From Escherichia coli (GTDB lineage Bacteria; Pseudomonadota; Gammaproteobacteria; Enterobacterales; Enterobacteriaceae), in the NCBI RefSeq assembly GCF_050920415.1, contig NZ_CP169309.1: a stretch of DNA of 64,000 nt; one strand, given 5' to 3'. Positions within the stretch are counted from its first letter, which is position 1, and each line of letters opens with the position of its first letter. Below, one piece after another: positions 32,809 through 44,384 of the stretch. A program made the translations under genes and the position numbers. The notes under the pieces were generated by a model that searched no databases, was not told where the DNA came from, and saw only the letters and a program-made list of their open reading frames with translations.

Positions 32809-34473
32809 ATGTGTTCAATTTTTGGCGTATTCGATATCAAAACAGACGCAGTTGAGCTGCGTAAGAAAGCACTCGAGCTGTCACGCCTGATGCGTCATCG
32901 TGGCCCGGACTGGTCCGGTATTTATGCCAGCGATAACGCCATTCTCACCCACGAACGTCTGTCCATTGTTGACGTTAACGCGGGGGCGCAACCTCTCTAC
33001 AACCAACAAAAAACTCATGTGCTGGCAGTAAACGGTGAAATCTACAACCACCAGGCATTGCGCGCTGAATATGGCGATCGTTACCAGTTCCAGACCGGGT
33101 CTGACTGTGAAGTGATCCTCGCGCTGTATCAGGAAAAAGGGCCGGAATTTCTCGACGATTTGCAGGGCATGTTCGCTTTTGCCCTGTACGACAGCGAAAA
33201 AGATGCGTATCTGATTGGTCGCGACCATCTGGGGATCATCCCACTGTATATGGGCTATGACGAACATGGTCAGCTGTATGTGGCCTCAGAAATGAAAGCC
33301 CTGGTGCCGGTATGCCGCACGATTAAAGAGTTCCCGGCGGGGAGCTATTTGTGGAGTCAGGACGGCGAAATCCGTTCTTATTATCACCGCGACTGGTTCG
33401 ACTACGATGCGGTGAAAGATAACGTGACCGACAAAAACGAGCTGCGTCAGGCACTGGAAGATTCCGTTAAAAGCCATCTGATGTCTGATGTGCCTTACGG
33501 TGTGCTGCTTTCTGGTGGTCTGGATTCCTCAATTATTTCCGCGATCACCAAGAAATACGCCGCCCGTCGCGTGGAAGATCAGGAACGCTCTGAAGCCTGG
33601 TGGCCGCAGCTGCACTCCTTTGCTGTAGGTCTGCCGGGTTCACCGGATCTGAAGGCAGCCCAGGAAGTGGCAAACCATCTGGGCACTGTGCATCATGAAA
33701 TTCACTTCACTGTACAGGAAGGTCTGGACGCCATCCGCGACGTGATTTACCACATTGAAACCTATGATGTGACCACTATTCGCGCTTCAACACCGATGTA
33801 TTTAATGTCGCGTAAGATCAAGGCGATGGGCATTAAAATGGTGCTGTCCGGTGAAGGTTCTGATGAAGTGTTCGGCGGTTATCTTTACTTCCACAAAGCA
33901 CCGAATGCCAAAGAACTGCATGAAGAGACGGTGCGTAAACTGCTGGCCCTGCATATGTATGACTGCGCGCGTGCCAACAAAGCGATGTCAGCCTGGGGCG
34001 TGGAAGCACGCGTTCCGTTCCTCGACAAAAAATTCCTTGATGTGGCGATGCGCATTAACCCACAGGATAAAATGTGCGGTAACGGCAAAATGGAAAAACA
34101 CATCCTGCGTGAATGTTTTGAAGCGTATCTGCCTGCAAGCGTGGCCTGGCGGCAGAAAGAGCAGTTCTCCGATGGCGTCGGTTACAGTTGGATCGATACC
34201 CTGAAAGAAGTGGCGGCGCAGCAGGTTTCTGATCAACAGCTGGAAACTGCCCGCTTCCGCTTCCCGTACAACACGCCGACGTCCAAAGAAGCGTATCTGT
34301 ACCGGGAGATCTTTGAAGAACTGTTCCCGCTTTCGAGCGCCGCAGAGTGCGTACCGGGCGGTCCTTCCGTCGCGTGTTCTTCCGCTAAAGCGATTGAGTG
34401 GGATGAGGCGTTCAAGAAAATGGACGATCCGTCTGGTCGTGCGGTTGGTGTTCACCAGTCGGCGTATAAGTAA
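32809..34473 (+). CDS. asnB: Asparagine synthetase B (glutamine-hydrolysing)
   Basis: 554 aa; MCSIFGV N-terminal nucleophile; SGGLDSS PP-loop. Confidence 0.95.
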   Translation: MCSIFGVFDIKTDAVELRKKALELSRLMRHRGPDWSGIYASDNAILTHERLSIVDVNAGAQPLYNQQKTHVLAVNGEIYNHQALRAEYGDRYQFQTGSDCEVILALYQEKGPEFLDDLQGMFAFALYDSEKDAYLIGRDHLGIIPLYMGYDEHGQLYVASEMKALVPVCRTIKEFPAGSYLWSQDGEIRSYYHRDWFDYDAVKDNVTDKNELRQALEDSVKSHLMSDVPYGVLLSGGLDSSIISAITKKYAARRVEDQERSEAWWPQLHSFAVGLPGSPDLKAAQEVANHLGTVHHEIHFTVQEGLDAIRDVIYHIETYDVTTIRASTPMYLMSRKIKAMGIKMVLSGEGSDEVFGGYLYFHKAPNAKELHEETVRKLLALHMYDCARANKAMSAWGVEARVPFLDKKFLDVAMRINPQDKMCGNGKMEKHILRECFEAYLPASVAWRQKEQFSDGVGYSWIDTLKEVAAQQVSDQQLETARFRFPYNTPTSKEAYLYREIFEELFPLSSAAECVPGGPSVACSSAKAIEWDEAFKKMDDPSGRAVGVHQSAYK

Positions 34474-34514
34474 GAAATGCGGTACTGCCCCGGAGAAATC
34501 CGGGGCTGTTTCAG

Positions 34515-34952
34515 TTATTGAGCTGCTTGTTGATTCTGATATGCAGTAAGGAAATGTTCCGGGTTTGCCACATCACTGTTTGACAACTCATCACTGTAGG
34601 CCACCGACCAGGTCGCCTGCTCATCCGGAATATGCAGGCTGCCATTCCCCTCTTTCAGGCGTAATAACTCAAAAGATTTGCCCTTAATTACGGCGGTATA
34701 GGATTTTTCACCTTCCTGTAATGCTTTCACTTTACAGCGAAAAATCTGGCCATCGATGTCATTATCAACATGCGATACCTGAATGAGGGCTTCATTAGAG
34801 GCTTTCGGCCCTATCCGCATCATCCACACCACAGCGCCTTCCTGCCCACGATAGCCAAAAACATATTTACCGATTTCCGGTTTGACCGTATCGGCAAACG
34901 CAGATTGCATAAGTAATAACGCACCCATCAGCGCCGTCATAAAACGCAGCAT
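34515..34952 (-). CDS. Hypothetical secreted protein (145 aa, predicted Sec signal peptide); apparently strain-specific
   Basis: ORF MLRFMTALMGALLLMQSAFA|DTVKPE... with a signal-peptide-like N-terminus and AFA cleavage motif. Sits in the asnB-tRNA spacer, which I recall as much shorter in K-12. No homolog recognised. Confidence 0.5.
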   Translation of the reverse strand: MLRFMTALMGALLLMQSAFADTVKPEIGKYVFGYRGQEGAVVWMMRIGPKASNEALIQVSHVDNDIDGQIFRCKVKALQEGEKSYTAVIKGKSFELLRLKEGNGSLHIPDEQATWSVAYSDELSNSDVANPEHFLTAYQNQQAAQ

Positions 34953-35215
34953 AGTATTCCCTCAATAAATCGCCTGAAGTGGTAGCAGAGATGCAGGCGT
35001 AGCGATCCCTGCCCTGTCCTGTTGCAACGGGCCAGTATTTCATAGATTAATTTCCTACCACTATTGTTGAATTCCGAATTTCATCCTGTATGACAAAAGA
35101 ATGGCTGTAGGGTGGGAAAAAAACACAAAGTAAACAATAATTGACGAATATAGCGCCACGCTGTTCGCAACCTAACCAAACAGTCACTTTCGAGCAATTT
35201 TCCTTGAAAAAGAGG

Positions 35216-35250
35216 TTGACGCTGCAAGGCTCTATACGCATAATGCGCCC
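35216..35250 (+). promoter_or_regulatory. Promoter of the tRNA operon (stringent-type)
   Basis: TTGACG, 17 nt spacer, CATAAT, followed by GC-rich discriminator gcgccccgc; A/T-rich upstream. Confidence 0.6.
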
Positions 35251-35283
35251 CGCAACGCCGATAAGGTATCGCGAAAAAAAGAT

Positions 35284-35360
35284 GGCTACGTAGCTCAGTT
35301 GGTTAGAGCACATCACTCATAATGATGGGGTCACAGGTTCGAATCCCGTCGTAGCCACCA
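35284..35360 (+). tRNA. metT: tRNA-Met (elongator, CAU)
   Basis: ggctacgtagctcag...ctcataat... cloverleaf ending CCA; first gene of the seven-tRNA operon. Confidence 0.85.
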
Positions 35361-35368
35361 TCTTTTTT

Positions 35369-35453
35369 GCGGGAGTGGCGAAATTGGTAGACGCACCAGA
35401 TTTAGGTTCTGGCGCCGCAAGGTGTGCGAGTTCAAGTCTCGCCTCCCGCACCA
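35369..35453 (+). tRNA. leuW: tRNA-Leu (UAG), long variable arm
   Basis: gcgggagtggcgaaattggtag...anticodon loop tttaggt...CCA; 85 nt. Confidence 0.85.
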
Positions 35454-35476
35454 TTCACCAGAAAGCGTTGTACGGA

Positions 35477-35551
35477 TGGGGTATCGCCAAGCGGTAAGGC
35501 ACCGGTTTTTGATACCGGCATTCCCTGGTTCGAATCCAGGTACCCCAGCCA
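35477..35551 (+). tRNA. glnU: tRNA-Gln (UUG)
   Basis: tggggtatcgccaagcggtaagg...anticodon loop ttttgat...CCA. Confidence 0.85.
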
Positions 35552-35585
35552 TCTTCTTCGAGTAAGCGGTTCACCGCCCGGTTAT

Positions 35586-35660
35586 TGGGGTATCGCCAAG
35601 CGGTAAGGCACCGGTTTTTGATACCGGCATTCCCTGGTTCGAATCCAGGTACCCCAGCCA
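35586..35660 (+). tRNA. glnW: tRNA-Gln (UUG), second copy
   Basis: Identical to the previous tRNA-Gln (UUG). Confidence 0.85.
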
Positions 35661-35675
35661 TCGAAGAAACAATCT

Positions 35676-35752
35676 GGCTACGTAGCTCAGTTGGTTAGAG
35701 CACATCACTCATAATGATGGGGTCACAGGTTCGAATCCCGTCGTAGCCACCA
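35676..35752 (+). tRNA. metU: tRNA-Met (elongator, CAU), second copy
   Basis: Identical to the first tRNA-Met. Confidence 0.85.
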
Positions 35753-35800
35753 AATTCTGAATGTGTCGAATGCGTTCGGCAAATTCACAAACCAATTTGT

Positions 35801-35875
35801 TGGGGTATCGCCAAGCGGTAAGGCACCGGATTCTGATTCCGGCATTCCGAGGTTCGAATCCTCGTACCCCAGCCA
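35801..35875 (+). tRNA. glnV: tRNA-Gln (CUG)
   Basis: tggggtatcgccaagcggtaagg...anticodon loop ttctgat...CCA. Confidence 0.85.
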
Positions 35876-35912
35876 ATTTATTCAAGACGCTTACCTTGTA
35901 AGTGCACCCAGT

Positions 35913-35987
35913 TGGGGTATCGCCAAGCGGTAAGGCACCGGATTCTGATTCCGGCATTCCGAGGTTCGAATCCTCGTACCCCAGCCA
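35913..35987 (+). tRNA. glnX: tRNA-Gln (CUG), second copy
   Basis: Identical to the previous tRNA-Gln (CUG). Confidence 0.85.
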
Positions 35988-35991
35988 CATT

Positions 35992-36024
35992 AAAAAAGCT
36001 CGCTTCGGCGAGCTTTTTGCTTTT
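35992..36024 (+). terminator. tRNA operon terminator
   Basis: aaagctcgc/gcgagcttt stem, ttcg loop, T-run. Confidence 0.8.
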
Positions 36025-36069
36025 CTGCGTATATTCAATGTCGAATGCGATGTTGACACGTCTTATTCT

Positions 36070-36115
36070 TCAAAGTCGGATGCGACGCTGACGCGTCTTA
36101 TCCGACCTACGGTTG
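36070..36115. repeat. REP element
   Basis: ggatgcgacgctgacgcgtcttatccgacctac palindromic unit. Confidence 0.6.
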
Positions 36116-36140
36116 GCATGCATTCGGCAATGTTGTAAGG

Positions 36141-37322
36141 CTACAACCCTAACGCATATTTCAGCGCCTGCCGTTTCAATACGCCAGCACGCTCCGCCGC
36201 CATTAACCCGAGATTACGCATAAAACGCAGTGGCGGCAGATTATTGCTGAATCCGGCATAAAACAGATCCATACCGCTTTGCATAATGAAGTTATCCGCC
36301 ATACGCCGCATCTGGTAACGCTTGAGGACAGGATAACTGGCCCACGCTTCACCGTAGCTGCGGGCATTCACCAGAACGTCAATCAGCGCATCAACATCGC
36401 GATAACCAAGATTCACCCCCTGCCCCGCCAGCGGATGAATGGTGTGCGCCGCATCGCCCACCAGCGCCAGCCCTGGTTGCACATACTGCAACGCATGGCG
36501 GCGCGTCAGCGGAAACGCACCAGCGGCGAGTGGCATCACGTACCCAAGACGCGACGGGAAATGCTTCGCGATTTCCGCCTGTAGCTGCGCCATATTCATA
36601 TTCTGCAACTGGCGAATGCGTGCCGGAGAGTCATACCACACCAGCGATGCCCAGTTATCAAACAACGGCAGAAACGCACGAGGTCCATCCGGGGTAAATT
36701 GCTGCCAGGTGCTGTCGCCGGGATCGTTCTCACACTGTACGCTAATCAACATACACGACTGTGCATACTGCCAGGCATGAACGCCAATTCCCGCCATTTG
36801 CCGCACCTGCGAATTTGCACCGTCAGCGCCAATCACCAGCTTCGCCTGGATCACTTCGCCCCCCTTCAGTTCCAGTTCCTGAAGATCATTATGGCGATGC
36901 AGAGCAATCAGTGAGCCTGGCACACGTAACGTTACTTTCGGATGCGCCTCCAGCGCCTGCCACAGCGCCTGTTGCAGGACAGTGTTTTCCACCATATAGC
37001 CAAGCAACGGCAGCTTCAATTCGGCTGCATCAAACACCACATGCGCCGTTTCCCACTCCCACGTTTCCAGTCTGCGATAAGGATGGCAACGCATGGCCTG
37101 TACCGCGTCCCAGACGCCTAAACCTTTAAGCAATGATACCGAAGCCGCACTAATCGCCGAGATCCGCACATCCGGCTGGCTGTCAGCGACAAACGGCGCA
37201 GGTTCTGCGTGCTCGATTACCGTTACCGAAAATCCGTGCTGTGCCAGTCCCAGCGCCAGTGCGCCGCCGACCATTCCTCCGCCGACAATGGCAATTTCCG
37301 TTGGTTGATTTGTCATGGTCAA
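36141..37322 (-). CDS. ubiF: 2-octaprenyl-3-methyl-6-methoxy-1,4-benzoquinol hydroxylase (FAD monooxygenase)
   Basis: MTMTNQPTEIAIVGGGMVGGALALGL (GxGxxG FAD fold); the true start may be the ATG at 37316. Confidence 0.9.
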   Translation of the reverse strand: MTMTNQPTEIAIVGGGMVGGALALGLAQHGFSVTVIEHAEPAPFVADSQPDVRISAISAASVSLLKGLGVWDAVQAMRCHPYRRLETWEWETAHVVFDAAELKLPLLGYMVENTVLQQALWQALEAHPKVTLRVPGSLIALHRHNDLQELELKGGEVIQAKLVIGADGANSQVRQMAGIGVHAWQYAQSCMLISVQCENDPGDSTWQQFTPDGPRAFLPLFDNWASLVWYDSPARIRQLQNMNMAQLQAEIAKHFPSRLGYVMPLAAGAFPLTRRHALQYVQPGLALVGDAAHTIHPLAGQGVNLGYRDVDALIDVLVNARSYGEAWASYPVLKRYQMRRMADNFIMQSGMDLFYAGFSNNLPPLRFMRNLGLMAAERAGVLKRQALKYALGL

Positions 37323-37461
37323 TCATCCTGTTAGCAATATGCTTTAAGTTTACAGGATTTTTACCCCCAAGGGCTGATAACGCTCATACTGGTCACAACG
37401 GCAGCAAAGCATTACACTATGCGCCCTGCATTCCTGGCTACTATTTCGCAAGAGCAAGTCG

Positions 37462-38886
37462 ATGACCAAAAAACTCCATATTAAAACCTGGGGCTGTCAG
37501 ATGAACGAGTACGATTCATCGAAGATGGCCGATCTGCTGGATGCCACCCACGGCTATCAACTGACCGACGTGGCGGAAGAAGCGGATGTGCTGCTGCTGA
37601 ACACCTGCTCAATCCGCGAGAAGGCTCAGGAAAAAGTCTTCCATCAGTTGGGTCGCTGGAAACTGTTAAAAGAGAAGAATCCAGACCTGATTATCGGCGT
37701 CGGCGGCTGCGTGGCATCGCAAGAAGGCGAGCACATTCGCCAGCGCGCCCACTATGTTGATATTATTTTTGGGCCGCAAACACTGCACCGTCTGCCGGAG
37801 ATGATCAACTCCGTACGCGGCGACCGCAGCCCGGTTGTAGATATCAGCTTCCCGGAAATCGAGAAGTTTGACCGTCTGCCGGAACCGCGTGCCGAAGGAC
37901 CAACCGCGTTTGTCTCCATCATGGAAGGCTGCAATAAATATTGCACCTACTGTGTGGTGCCTTACACCCGTGGTGAAGAGGTAAGCCGTCCTTCCGACGA
38001 TATTCTGTTTGAGATTGCCCAGCTTGCGGCTCAGGGCGTGCGTGAAGTCAACCTGCTCGGTCAGAACGTGAACGCCTGGCGTGGTGAGAACTACGACGGC
38101 ACCACCGGATCGTTTGCCGATCTGCTGCGTCTGGTTGCGGCGATCGACGGGATCGATCGTATTCGCTTTACCACCAGCCATCCGATCGAATTCACCGACG
38201 ATATCATCGAAGTGTACCGCGACACGCCGGAGCTGGTGAGCTTCCTGCATCTGCCGGTTCAGAGCGGTTCCGATCGCATTCTAAACCTGATGGGACGTAC
38301 CCACACGGCGCTGGAGTACAAAGCGATCATCCGTAAATTGCGTGCGGCGCGTCCTGATATTCAGATCAGTTCTGACTTCATTGTCGGCTTCCCGGGCGAA
38401 ACCACCGAAGACTTCGAAAAAACGATGAAGCTGATTGCCGACGTCAATTTCGACATGAGCTACAGCTTTATCTTCTCCGCTCGTCCGGGTACACCAGCCG
38501 CCGATATGGTTGATGATGTTCCGGAAGAAGAGAAGAAGCAGCGTCTGTATATTCTGCAAGAGCGCATTAATCAGCAAGCGATGGCATGGAGCCGCCGTAT
38601 GCTCGGCACCACCCAGCGTATTCTGGTAGAAGGTACATCGCGTAAGAGCATCATGGAGCTTTCCGGTCGTACTGAAAATAACCGCGTGGTTAACTTCGAA
38701 GGCACGCCGGATATGATCGGTAAATTCGTCGATGTAGAAATTACCGACGTCTATCCGAACTCTCTGCGCGGTAAAGTGGTGCGAACTGAAGATGAAATGG
38801 GTCTGCGCGTGGCAGAAACACCGGAATCGGTGATTGCCCGTACCCGCAAAGAAAATGACCTGGGCGTGGGTTATTATCAGCCGTAA
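37462..38886 (+). CDS. miaB: tRNA-i6A37 methylthiotransferase (radical SAM)
   Basis: 474 aa; CxxxCxxC radical-SAM motif (CNKYCTYC). Confidence 0.95.
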
Positions 38887-38892
38887 TTCTCA

Positions 38893-38923
38893 GGCCCGCC
38901 GTTCCGGTGGGCCTTGTTTTTTC
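38893..38923 (+). terminator. Terminator after miaB
   Basis: ggcccgcc/ggtgggcc stem (one G-U pair), T-run. Confidence 0.65.
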
Positions 38924-39038
38924 TCTCTTTATCCCCATCTTTATCGCAATGCTTGCGCCTTTTTCCTGTGGCGTGAATAATTTCCTTATAGGCCGGTGAA
39001 TGTTCAGCTTCCGGCGGCATACAGATAAGAGGAACGGT

Positions 39039-40079
39039 TTGAACATAGACACTCGCGAAATCACTCTGGAGCCAGCAGACAACGCACGTCTGTTGAGCCT
39101 GTGCGGCCCGTTTGATGACAACATCAAACAACTCGAACGCCGTCTCGGCATCGAAATCAATCGCCGCGATAATCATTTTAAACTGACCGGCCGTCCGATT
39201 TGCGTCACCGCTGCGGCAGACATTCTGCGTAGCCTGTATGTCGATACTGCCCCGATGCGCGGTCAGATTCAGGATATCGAGCCGGAACAGATCCACCTTG
39301 CGATTAAAGAAGCGCGCGTGCTGGAACAAAGTGCGGAGAGCGTGCCGGAGTATGGCAAAGCGGTCAATATCAAGACCAAACGCGGTGTAATTAAACCGCG
39401 CACGCCAAACCAGGCGCAGTACATCGCCAATATTCTCGACCATGACATTACCTTCGGCGTTGGCCCGGCGGGTACGGGTAAAACCTACCTGGCAGTGGCT
39501 GCGGCAGTTGATGCCCTGGAGCGTCAGGAAATTCGCCGTATTCTGCTGACTCGTCCGGCGGTAGAAGCCGGTGAGAAACTGGGCTTCCTGCCTGGCGATT
39601 TAAGCCAGAAAGTGGACCCGTATCTGCGCCCGCTGTATGACGCGCTGTTTGAAATGTTGGGCTTTGAGAAAGTCGAGAAGCTGATTGAGCGCAACGTTAT
39701 TGAAGTCGCGCCACTGGCCTATATGCGTGGCCGTACGCTGAACGACGCGTTTATCATTCTTGATGAGAGCCAGAACACCACCATCGAACAGATGAAGATG
39801 TTCCTGACTCGTATCGGTTTTAACTCAAAAGCAGTTATTACCGGCGATGTCACGCAGATCGACTTACCGCGTAATACTAAATCAGGTTTACGTCACGCTA
39901 TCGAGGTGTTAGCCGATGTCGAAGAGATCAGCTTTAACTTCTTCCACAGCGAAGACGTGGTTCGTCACCCGGTGGTAGCGCGTATCGTTAACGCTTATGA
40001 AGCCTGGGAAGAAGCCGAACAAAAACGAAAAGCGGCGCTGGCAGCAGAACGCAAGCGCGAAGAACAGGAACAAAAATGA
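39039..40079 (+). CDS. ybeZ: PhoH-like ATPase YbeZ
   Basis: Walker A GPAGTGKT; probable TTG start (LNIDTRE...) after AGAGGA; the ORF-track start 39000 is less likely. Confidence 0.85.
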
Positions 40080-40543
40080 GTCAGGTGATCCTCGATTTAC
40101 AACTGGCATGTGAAGATAATTCCGGGTTACCGGAAGAGAGCCAGTTTCAGACATGGCTGAATGCGGTGATCCCGCAGTTTCAGGAAGAATCGGAAGTGAC
40201 GATTCGCGTGGTCGATACCGCCGAAAGCCACAGTCTCAATCTGACCTATCGCGGTAAGGATAAGCCGACCAACGTGCTCTCCTTCCCGTTTGAAGTACCG
40301 CCTGGCATGGAGATGTCGCTGCTGGGCGATCTGGTTATCTGCCGTCAGGTGGTTGAAAAGGAAGCACAGGAGCAAGGCAAACCACTGGAAGCGCACTGGG
40401 CGCATATGGTGGTGCACGGCAGTCTGCATTTGTTAGGTTACGATCACATCGAAGATGACGAAGCAGAAGAAATGGAAGCCCTCGAAACAGAGATTATGCT
40501 TGCTCTGGGCTATGAGGATCCGTACATTGCCGAGAAAGAATAA
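40076..40543 (+). CDS. ybeY: Endoribonuclease YbeY (rRNA maturation)
   Basis: 155 aa; [11 protein letters not shown] metal-binding motif; start overlaps the ybeZ stop. Confidence 0.95.
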
Positions 40544-40632
40544 TTTGCCAGGCATTTGACTGGCAGACGTCCCCGCCGTTGGTGATTAACGACGGCGTTT
40601 TGATTAACTAACATGAGAACCCATACGACGCC

Positions 40633-41511
40633 ATGAGCGACGACAATTCACACAGTAGTGACACGATAAGCAACAAGAAGGGATTTTTCTCCCTGTTACT
40701 CAGCCAACTTTTCCACGGTGAACCGAAAAACCGTGACGAACTGCTGGCGCTGATCCGTGATTCCGGGCAGAACGACCTTATCGACGAAGATACGCGCGAT
40801 ATGCTCGAAGGGGTGATGGACATCGCAGACCAACGCGTTCGCGACATCATGATCCCCCGCTCCCAGATGATTACCCTGAAACGCAACCAGACGCTGGACG
40901 AATGCCTTGATGTCATCATCGAGTCCGCCCACTCACGTTTCCCGGTGATTAGCGAAGACAAAGATCACATTGAAGGGATTCTGATGGCGAAAGACTTGCT
41001 GCCGTTTATGCGCAGCGATGCTGAAGCCTTCAGCATGGACAAAGTGTTACGTCAGGCGGTTGTCGTTCCTGAAAGTAAGCGCGTAGACCGGATGCTGAAA
41101 GAGTTTCGCTCTCAGCGTTACCACATGGCGATCGTCATTGACGAATTCGGTGGGGTTTCCGGTCTGGTGACCATTGAAGATATCCTGGAACTGATTGTTG
41201 GTGAGATTGAAGACGAGTATGACGAAGAAGATGATATCGACTTCCGTCAGCTGAGTCGTCATACCTGGACCGTGCGCGCACTGGCTTCCATCGAAGATTT
41301 CAACGAAGCCTTCGGCACCCACTTTAGCGATGAAGAAGTCGACACCATCGGAGGTCTGGTGATGCAGGCATTTGGGCATCTCCCGGCGCGTGGCGAAACC
41401 ATCGACATCGACGGTTACCAGTTCAAAGTGGCGATGGCCGACAGTCGGCGTATTATTCAGGTTCATGTCAAAATCCCGGATGACTCACCCCAGCCAAAGC
41501 TGGATGAATAA
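40633..41511 (+). CDS. corC: CorC/YbeX CBS-domain divalent cation efflux protein
   Basis: 292 aa; tandem CBS pair plus CorC_HlyC C-terminus. Confidence 0.9.
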   Translation: MSDDNSHSSDTISNKKGFFSLLLSQLFHGEPKNRDELLALIRDSGQNDLIDEDTRDMLEGVMDIADQRVRDIMIPRSQMITLKRNQTLDECLDVIIESAHSRFPVISEDKDHIEGILMAKDLLPFMRSDAEAFSMDKVLRQAVVVPESKRVDRMLKEFRSQRYHMAIVIDEFGGVSGLVTIEDILELIVGEIEDEYDEEDDIDFRQLSRHTWTVRALASIEDFNEAFGTHFSDEEVDTIGGLVMQAFGHLPARGETIDIDGYQFKVAMADSRRIIQVHVKIPDDSPQPKLDE

Positions 41512-41535
41512 AACCGAAACTGGATAGATAACTAC

Positions 41536-43074
41536 ATGGCTTTTGCCTCATTAATTGAACGCCAGCGCATTCGCCTGCTGCTGGCGTTATTATTCGGTGC
41601 CTGCGGAACGCTGGCCTTCTCTCCTTACGATGTCTGGCCTGCGGCGATTATTTCGCTGATGGGGCTTCAGGCGCTGACCTTTAACCGCCGTCCACTCCAG
41701 TCTGCCACTATTGGCTTTTGCTGGGGATTTGGCCTGTTTGGCAGCGGTATTAACTGGGTCTATGTCAGCATCGCGACCTTTGGCGGAATGCCTGGCCCGG
41801 TTAACATCTTCTTGGTGGTGCTGCTGGCGGCGTATTTGTCGCTGTATACCGGACTGTTTGCTGGCGTACTGTCGCGTCTGTGGCCGAAAACCACCTGGCT
41901 GCGCGTGGCGATTGCCGCCCCTGCTCTCTGGCAAGTGACCGAGTTTCTGCGCGGTTGGGTGCTGACTGGCTTCCCGTGGTTGCAGTTCGGCTATAGCCAG
42001 ATTGACGGTCCGTTAAAAGGACTGGCACCGATAATGGGCGTGGAAGCCATTAACTTCCTGCTGATGATGGTAAGCGGCCTGCTGGCACTGGCGTTGGTCA
42101 AACGCAACTGGCGTCCGCTGGTGGTGGCCGTCGTGCTGTTCGCCCTTCCCTTCCCGCTGCGTTACATCCAGTGGTTCACCCCGCAACCGGAGAAAACCAT
42201 TCAGGTTTCGATGGTTCAGGGCGACATTCCGCAATCGCTGAAGTGGGATGAAGGCCAGCTTCTCAATACGCTGAAGATTTACTACAACGCAACGGCACCG
42301 CTGATGGGCAAATCATCGCTGATTATCTGGCCGGAGTCGGCGATAACCGACCTGGAAATTAATCAGCAGCCGTTCCTCAAAGCACTGGACGGTGAGTTGC
42401 GTGATAAAGGTAGCTCGCTGGTCACCGGGATTGTCGACGCGCGTCTCAATAAGCAGAATCGCTACGATACCTACAACACCATCATCACGCTGGGTAAAGG
42501 TGCACCGTATAGCTACGAATCAGCCGATCGCTATAACAAAAACCATCTGGTACCGTTTGGCGAGTTTGTCCCGCTGGAGTCGATTCTGCGTCCGTTAGCA
42601 CCGTTCTTTGATCTGCCGATGTCGTCATTCAGCCGTGGACCATATATCCAACCACCGCTGTCGGTAAATGGTATTGAGCTTACTGCGGCTATTTGCTACG
42701 AGATCATTCTCGGCGAGCAAGTGCGCGATAACTTCCGCCCGGATACCGACTATCTGCTGACTATCTCCAACGATGCGTGGTTTGGTAAGTCTATTGGCCC
42801 ATGGCAGCACTTTCAGATGGCGCGAATGCGTGCGCTGGAGCTGGCGCGCCCGCTGCTGCGTAGCACCAACAACGGCATTACGGCGGTGATTGGCCCGCAG
42901 GGTGAGATTCAGGCGATGATCCCGCAATTCACCCGCGAAGTGTTAACCACTAATGTGACGCCGACCACCGGACTCACACCGTACGCACGTACCGGCAACT
43001 GGCCGCTGTGGGTGCTGACGGCACTGTTTGGTTTTGCCGCTGTGTTGATGAGTCTGCGTCAACGACGTAAATAA
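41536..43074 (+). CDS. lnt: Apolipoprotein N-acyltransferase
   Basis: 512 aa; polytopic N-terminus plus nitrilase-like domain. Confidence 0.95.
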   Translation: MAFASLIERQRIRLLLALLFGACGTLAFSPYDVWPAAIISLMGLQALTFNRRPLQSATIGFCWGFGLFGSGINWVYVSIATFGGMPGPVNIFLVVLLAAYLSLYTGLFAGVLSRLWPKTTWLRVAIAAPALWQVTEFLRGWVLTGFPWLQFGYSQIDGPLKGLAPIMGVEAINFLLMMVSGLLALALVKRNWRPLVVAVVLFALPFPLRYIQWFTPQPEKTIQVSMVQGDIPQSLKWDEGQLLNTLKIYYNATAPLMGKSSLIIWPESAITDLEINQQPFLKALDGELRDKGSSLVTGIVDARLNKQNRYDTYNTIITLGKGAPYSYESADRYNKNHLVPFGEFVPLESILRPLAPFFDLPMSSFSRGPYIQPPLSVNGIELTAAICYEIILGEQVRDNFRPDTDYLLTISNDAWFGKSIGPWQHFQMARMRALELARPLLRSTNNGITAVIGPQGEIQAMIPQFTREVLTTNVTPTTGLTPYARTGNWPLWVLTALFGFAAVLMSLRQRRK

Positions 43075-43470
43075 TCCCTTCTTATCGTGCCGGAATACAT
43101 CCCGTATTTCGGCACGCTCGCCGGATGTGGTATCAGTGCGTTATCCGGATGACAAAATTCCCCTATCCAACTTTGGCACATCTATTGCTTTGTTATACAA
43201 GGCAAAGCTTGAACCCGCGTCAGTACAACCCGGTTGCACCATAGCAATCCACCGGTAGCACCAAAAGAGTGCATTTTAAGAGTTTTGCTTCGGAATGGTG
43301 CGGCGCATCTCGCAAAAACAAACAATAAAACATCAATATCTTTACATTTAGCCAAACTAAATGTTACCTAACAAACACAACACTGCACAATAAAGTTGCA
43401 GATGATAACAACACAAACACTCACAACGGGTATCCATGCGTTCTTAACGCAGAAGATAAAGGAGTTGGAT

Positions 43471-44379
43471 ATGCAATTACGTAAACCTGCCACAGCAATC
43501 CTGGCCCTGGCGCTTTCCGCAGGCCTGGCACAGGCAGATGACGCCGCCCCGGCAGCGGGCAGTACGCTGGACAAAATCGCCAAAAACGGTGTGATTGTCG
43601 TCGGTCACCGTGAATCTTCAGTACCTTTCTCTTATTACGACAATCAGCAAAAAGTGGTGGGTTACTCGCAGGATTACTCCAACGCCATTGTTGAAGCAGT
43701 GAAAAAGAAACTCAACAAACCGGACTTGCAGGTGAAATTGATTCCGATCACCTCACAAAACCGTATTCCGCTGCTGCAAAACGGCACTTTCGATTTTGAA
43801 TGTGGTTCTACCACCAACAATGTCGAACGCCAAAAACAGGCGGCTTTCTCTGACACTATTTTCGTGGTCGGTACGCGCCTGCTGACCAAAAAAGGCGGCG
43901 ATATCAAAGATTTTGCCGACCTGAAAGACAAAGCCGTAGTCGTTACTTCCGGCACTACCTCTGAAGTTTTGCTCAACAAACTGAATGAAGAGCAAAAAAT
44001 GAATATGCGCATCATCAGCGCCAAAGATCACGGTGACTCTTTCCGCACCCTGGAAAGCGGTCGTGCCGTTGCCTTTATGATGGATGACGCTCTGTTAGCC
44101 GGTGAGCGAGCGAAAGCGAAGAAACCAGACAACTGGGAAATCGTCGGCAAGCCGCAGTCTCAGGAAGCCTACGGTTGCATGTTGCGTAAAGACGATCCGC
44201 AGTTCAAAAAGCTGATGGATGACACTATCGCTCAGGTGCAGACCTCCGGTGAAGCGGAAAAATGGTTTGATAAGTGGTTCAAAAATCCAATTCCGCCGAA
44301 AAACCTGAACATGAATTTCGAACTGTCGGACGAAATGAAAGCACTGTTCAAAGAACCGAATGACAAGGCACTGAACTAA
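43471..44379 (+). CDS. gltI: Glutamate/aspartate periplasmic binding protein
   Basis: MQLRKPATAILALALSAGLAQA signal peptide; AAGGAG Shine-Dalgarno; the ORF-track 5' extension is rejected. Confidence 0.95.
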   Translation: MQLRKPATAILALALSAGLAQADDAAPAAGSTLDKIAKNGVIVVGHRESSVPFSYYDNQQKVVGYSQDYSNAIVEAVKKKLNKPDLQVKLIPITSQNRIPLLQNGTFDFECGSTTNNVERQKQAAFSDTIFVVGTRLLTKKGGDIKDFADLKDKAVVVTSGTTSEVLLNKLNEEQKMNMRIISAKDHGDSFRTLESGRAVAFMMDDALLAGERAKAKKPDNWEIVGKPQSQEAYGCMLRKDDPQFKKLMDDTIAQVQTSGEAEKWFDKWFKNPIPPKNLNMNFELSDEMKALFKEPNDKALN

Positions 44380-44384
44380 TTACA

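Noticed and set aside
35047-36138. Small ORFs (35047..35316, 35331..35552, 35424..35606, 35455..35661, 35709..36059, 35902..36138) across the tRNA cluster
   Set aside because: They overlap seven clear tRNA genes; spurious translations of structured RNA.
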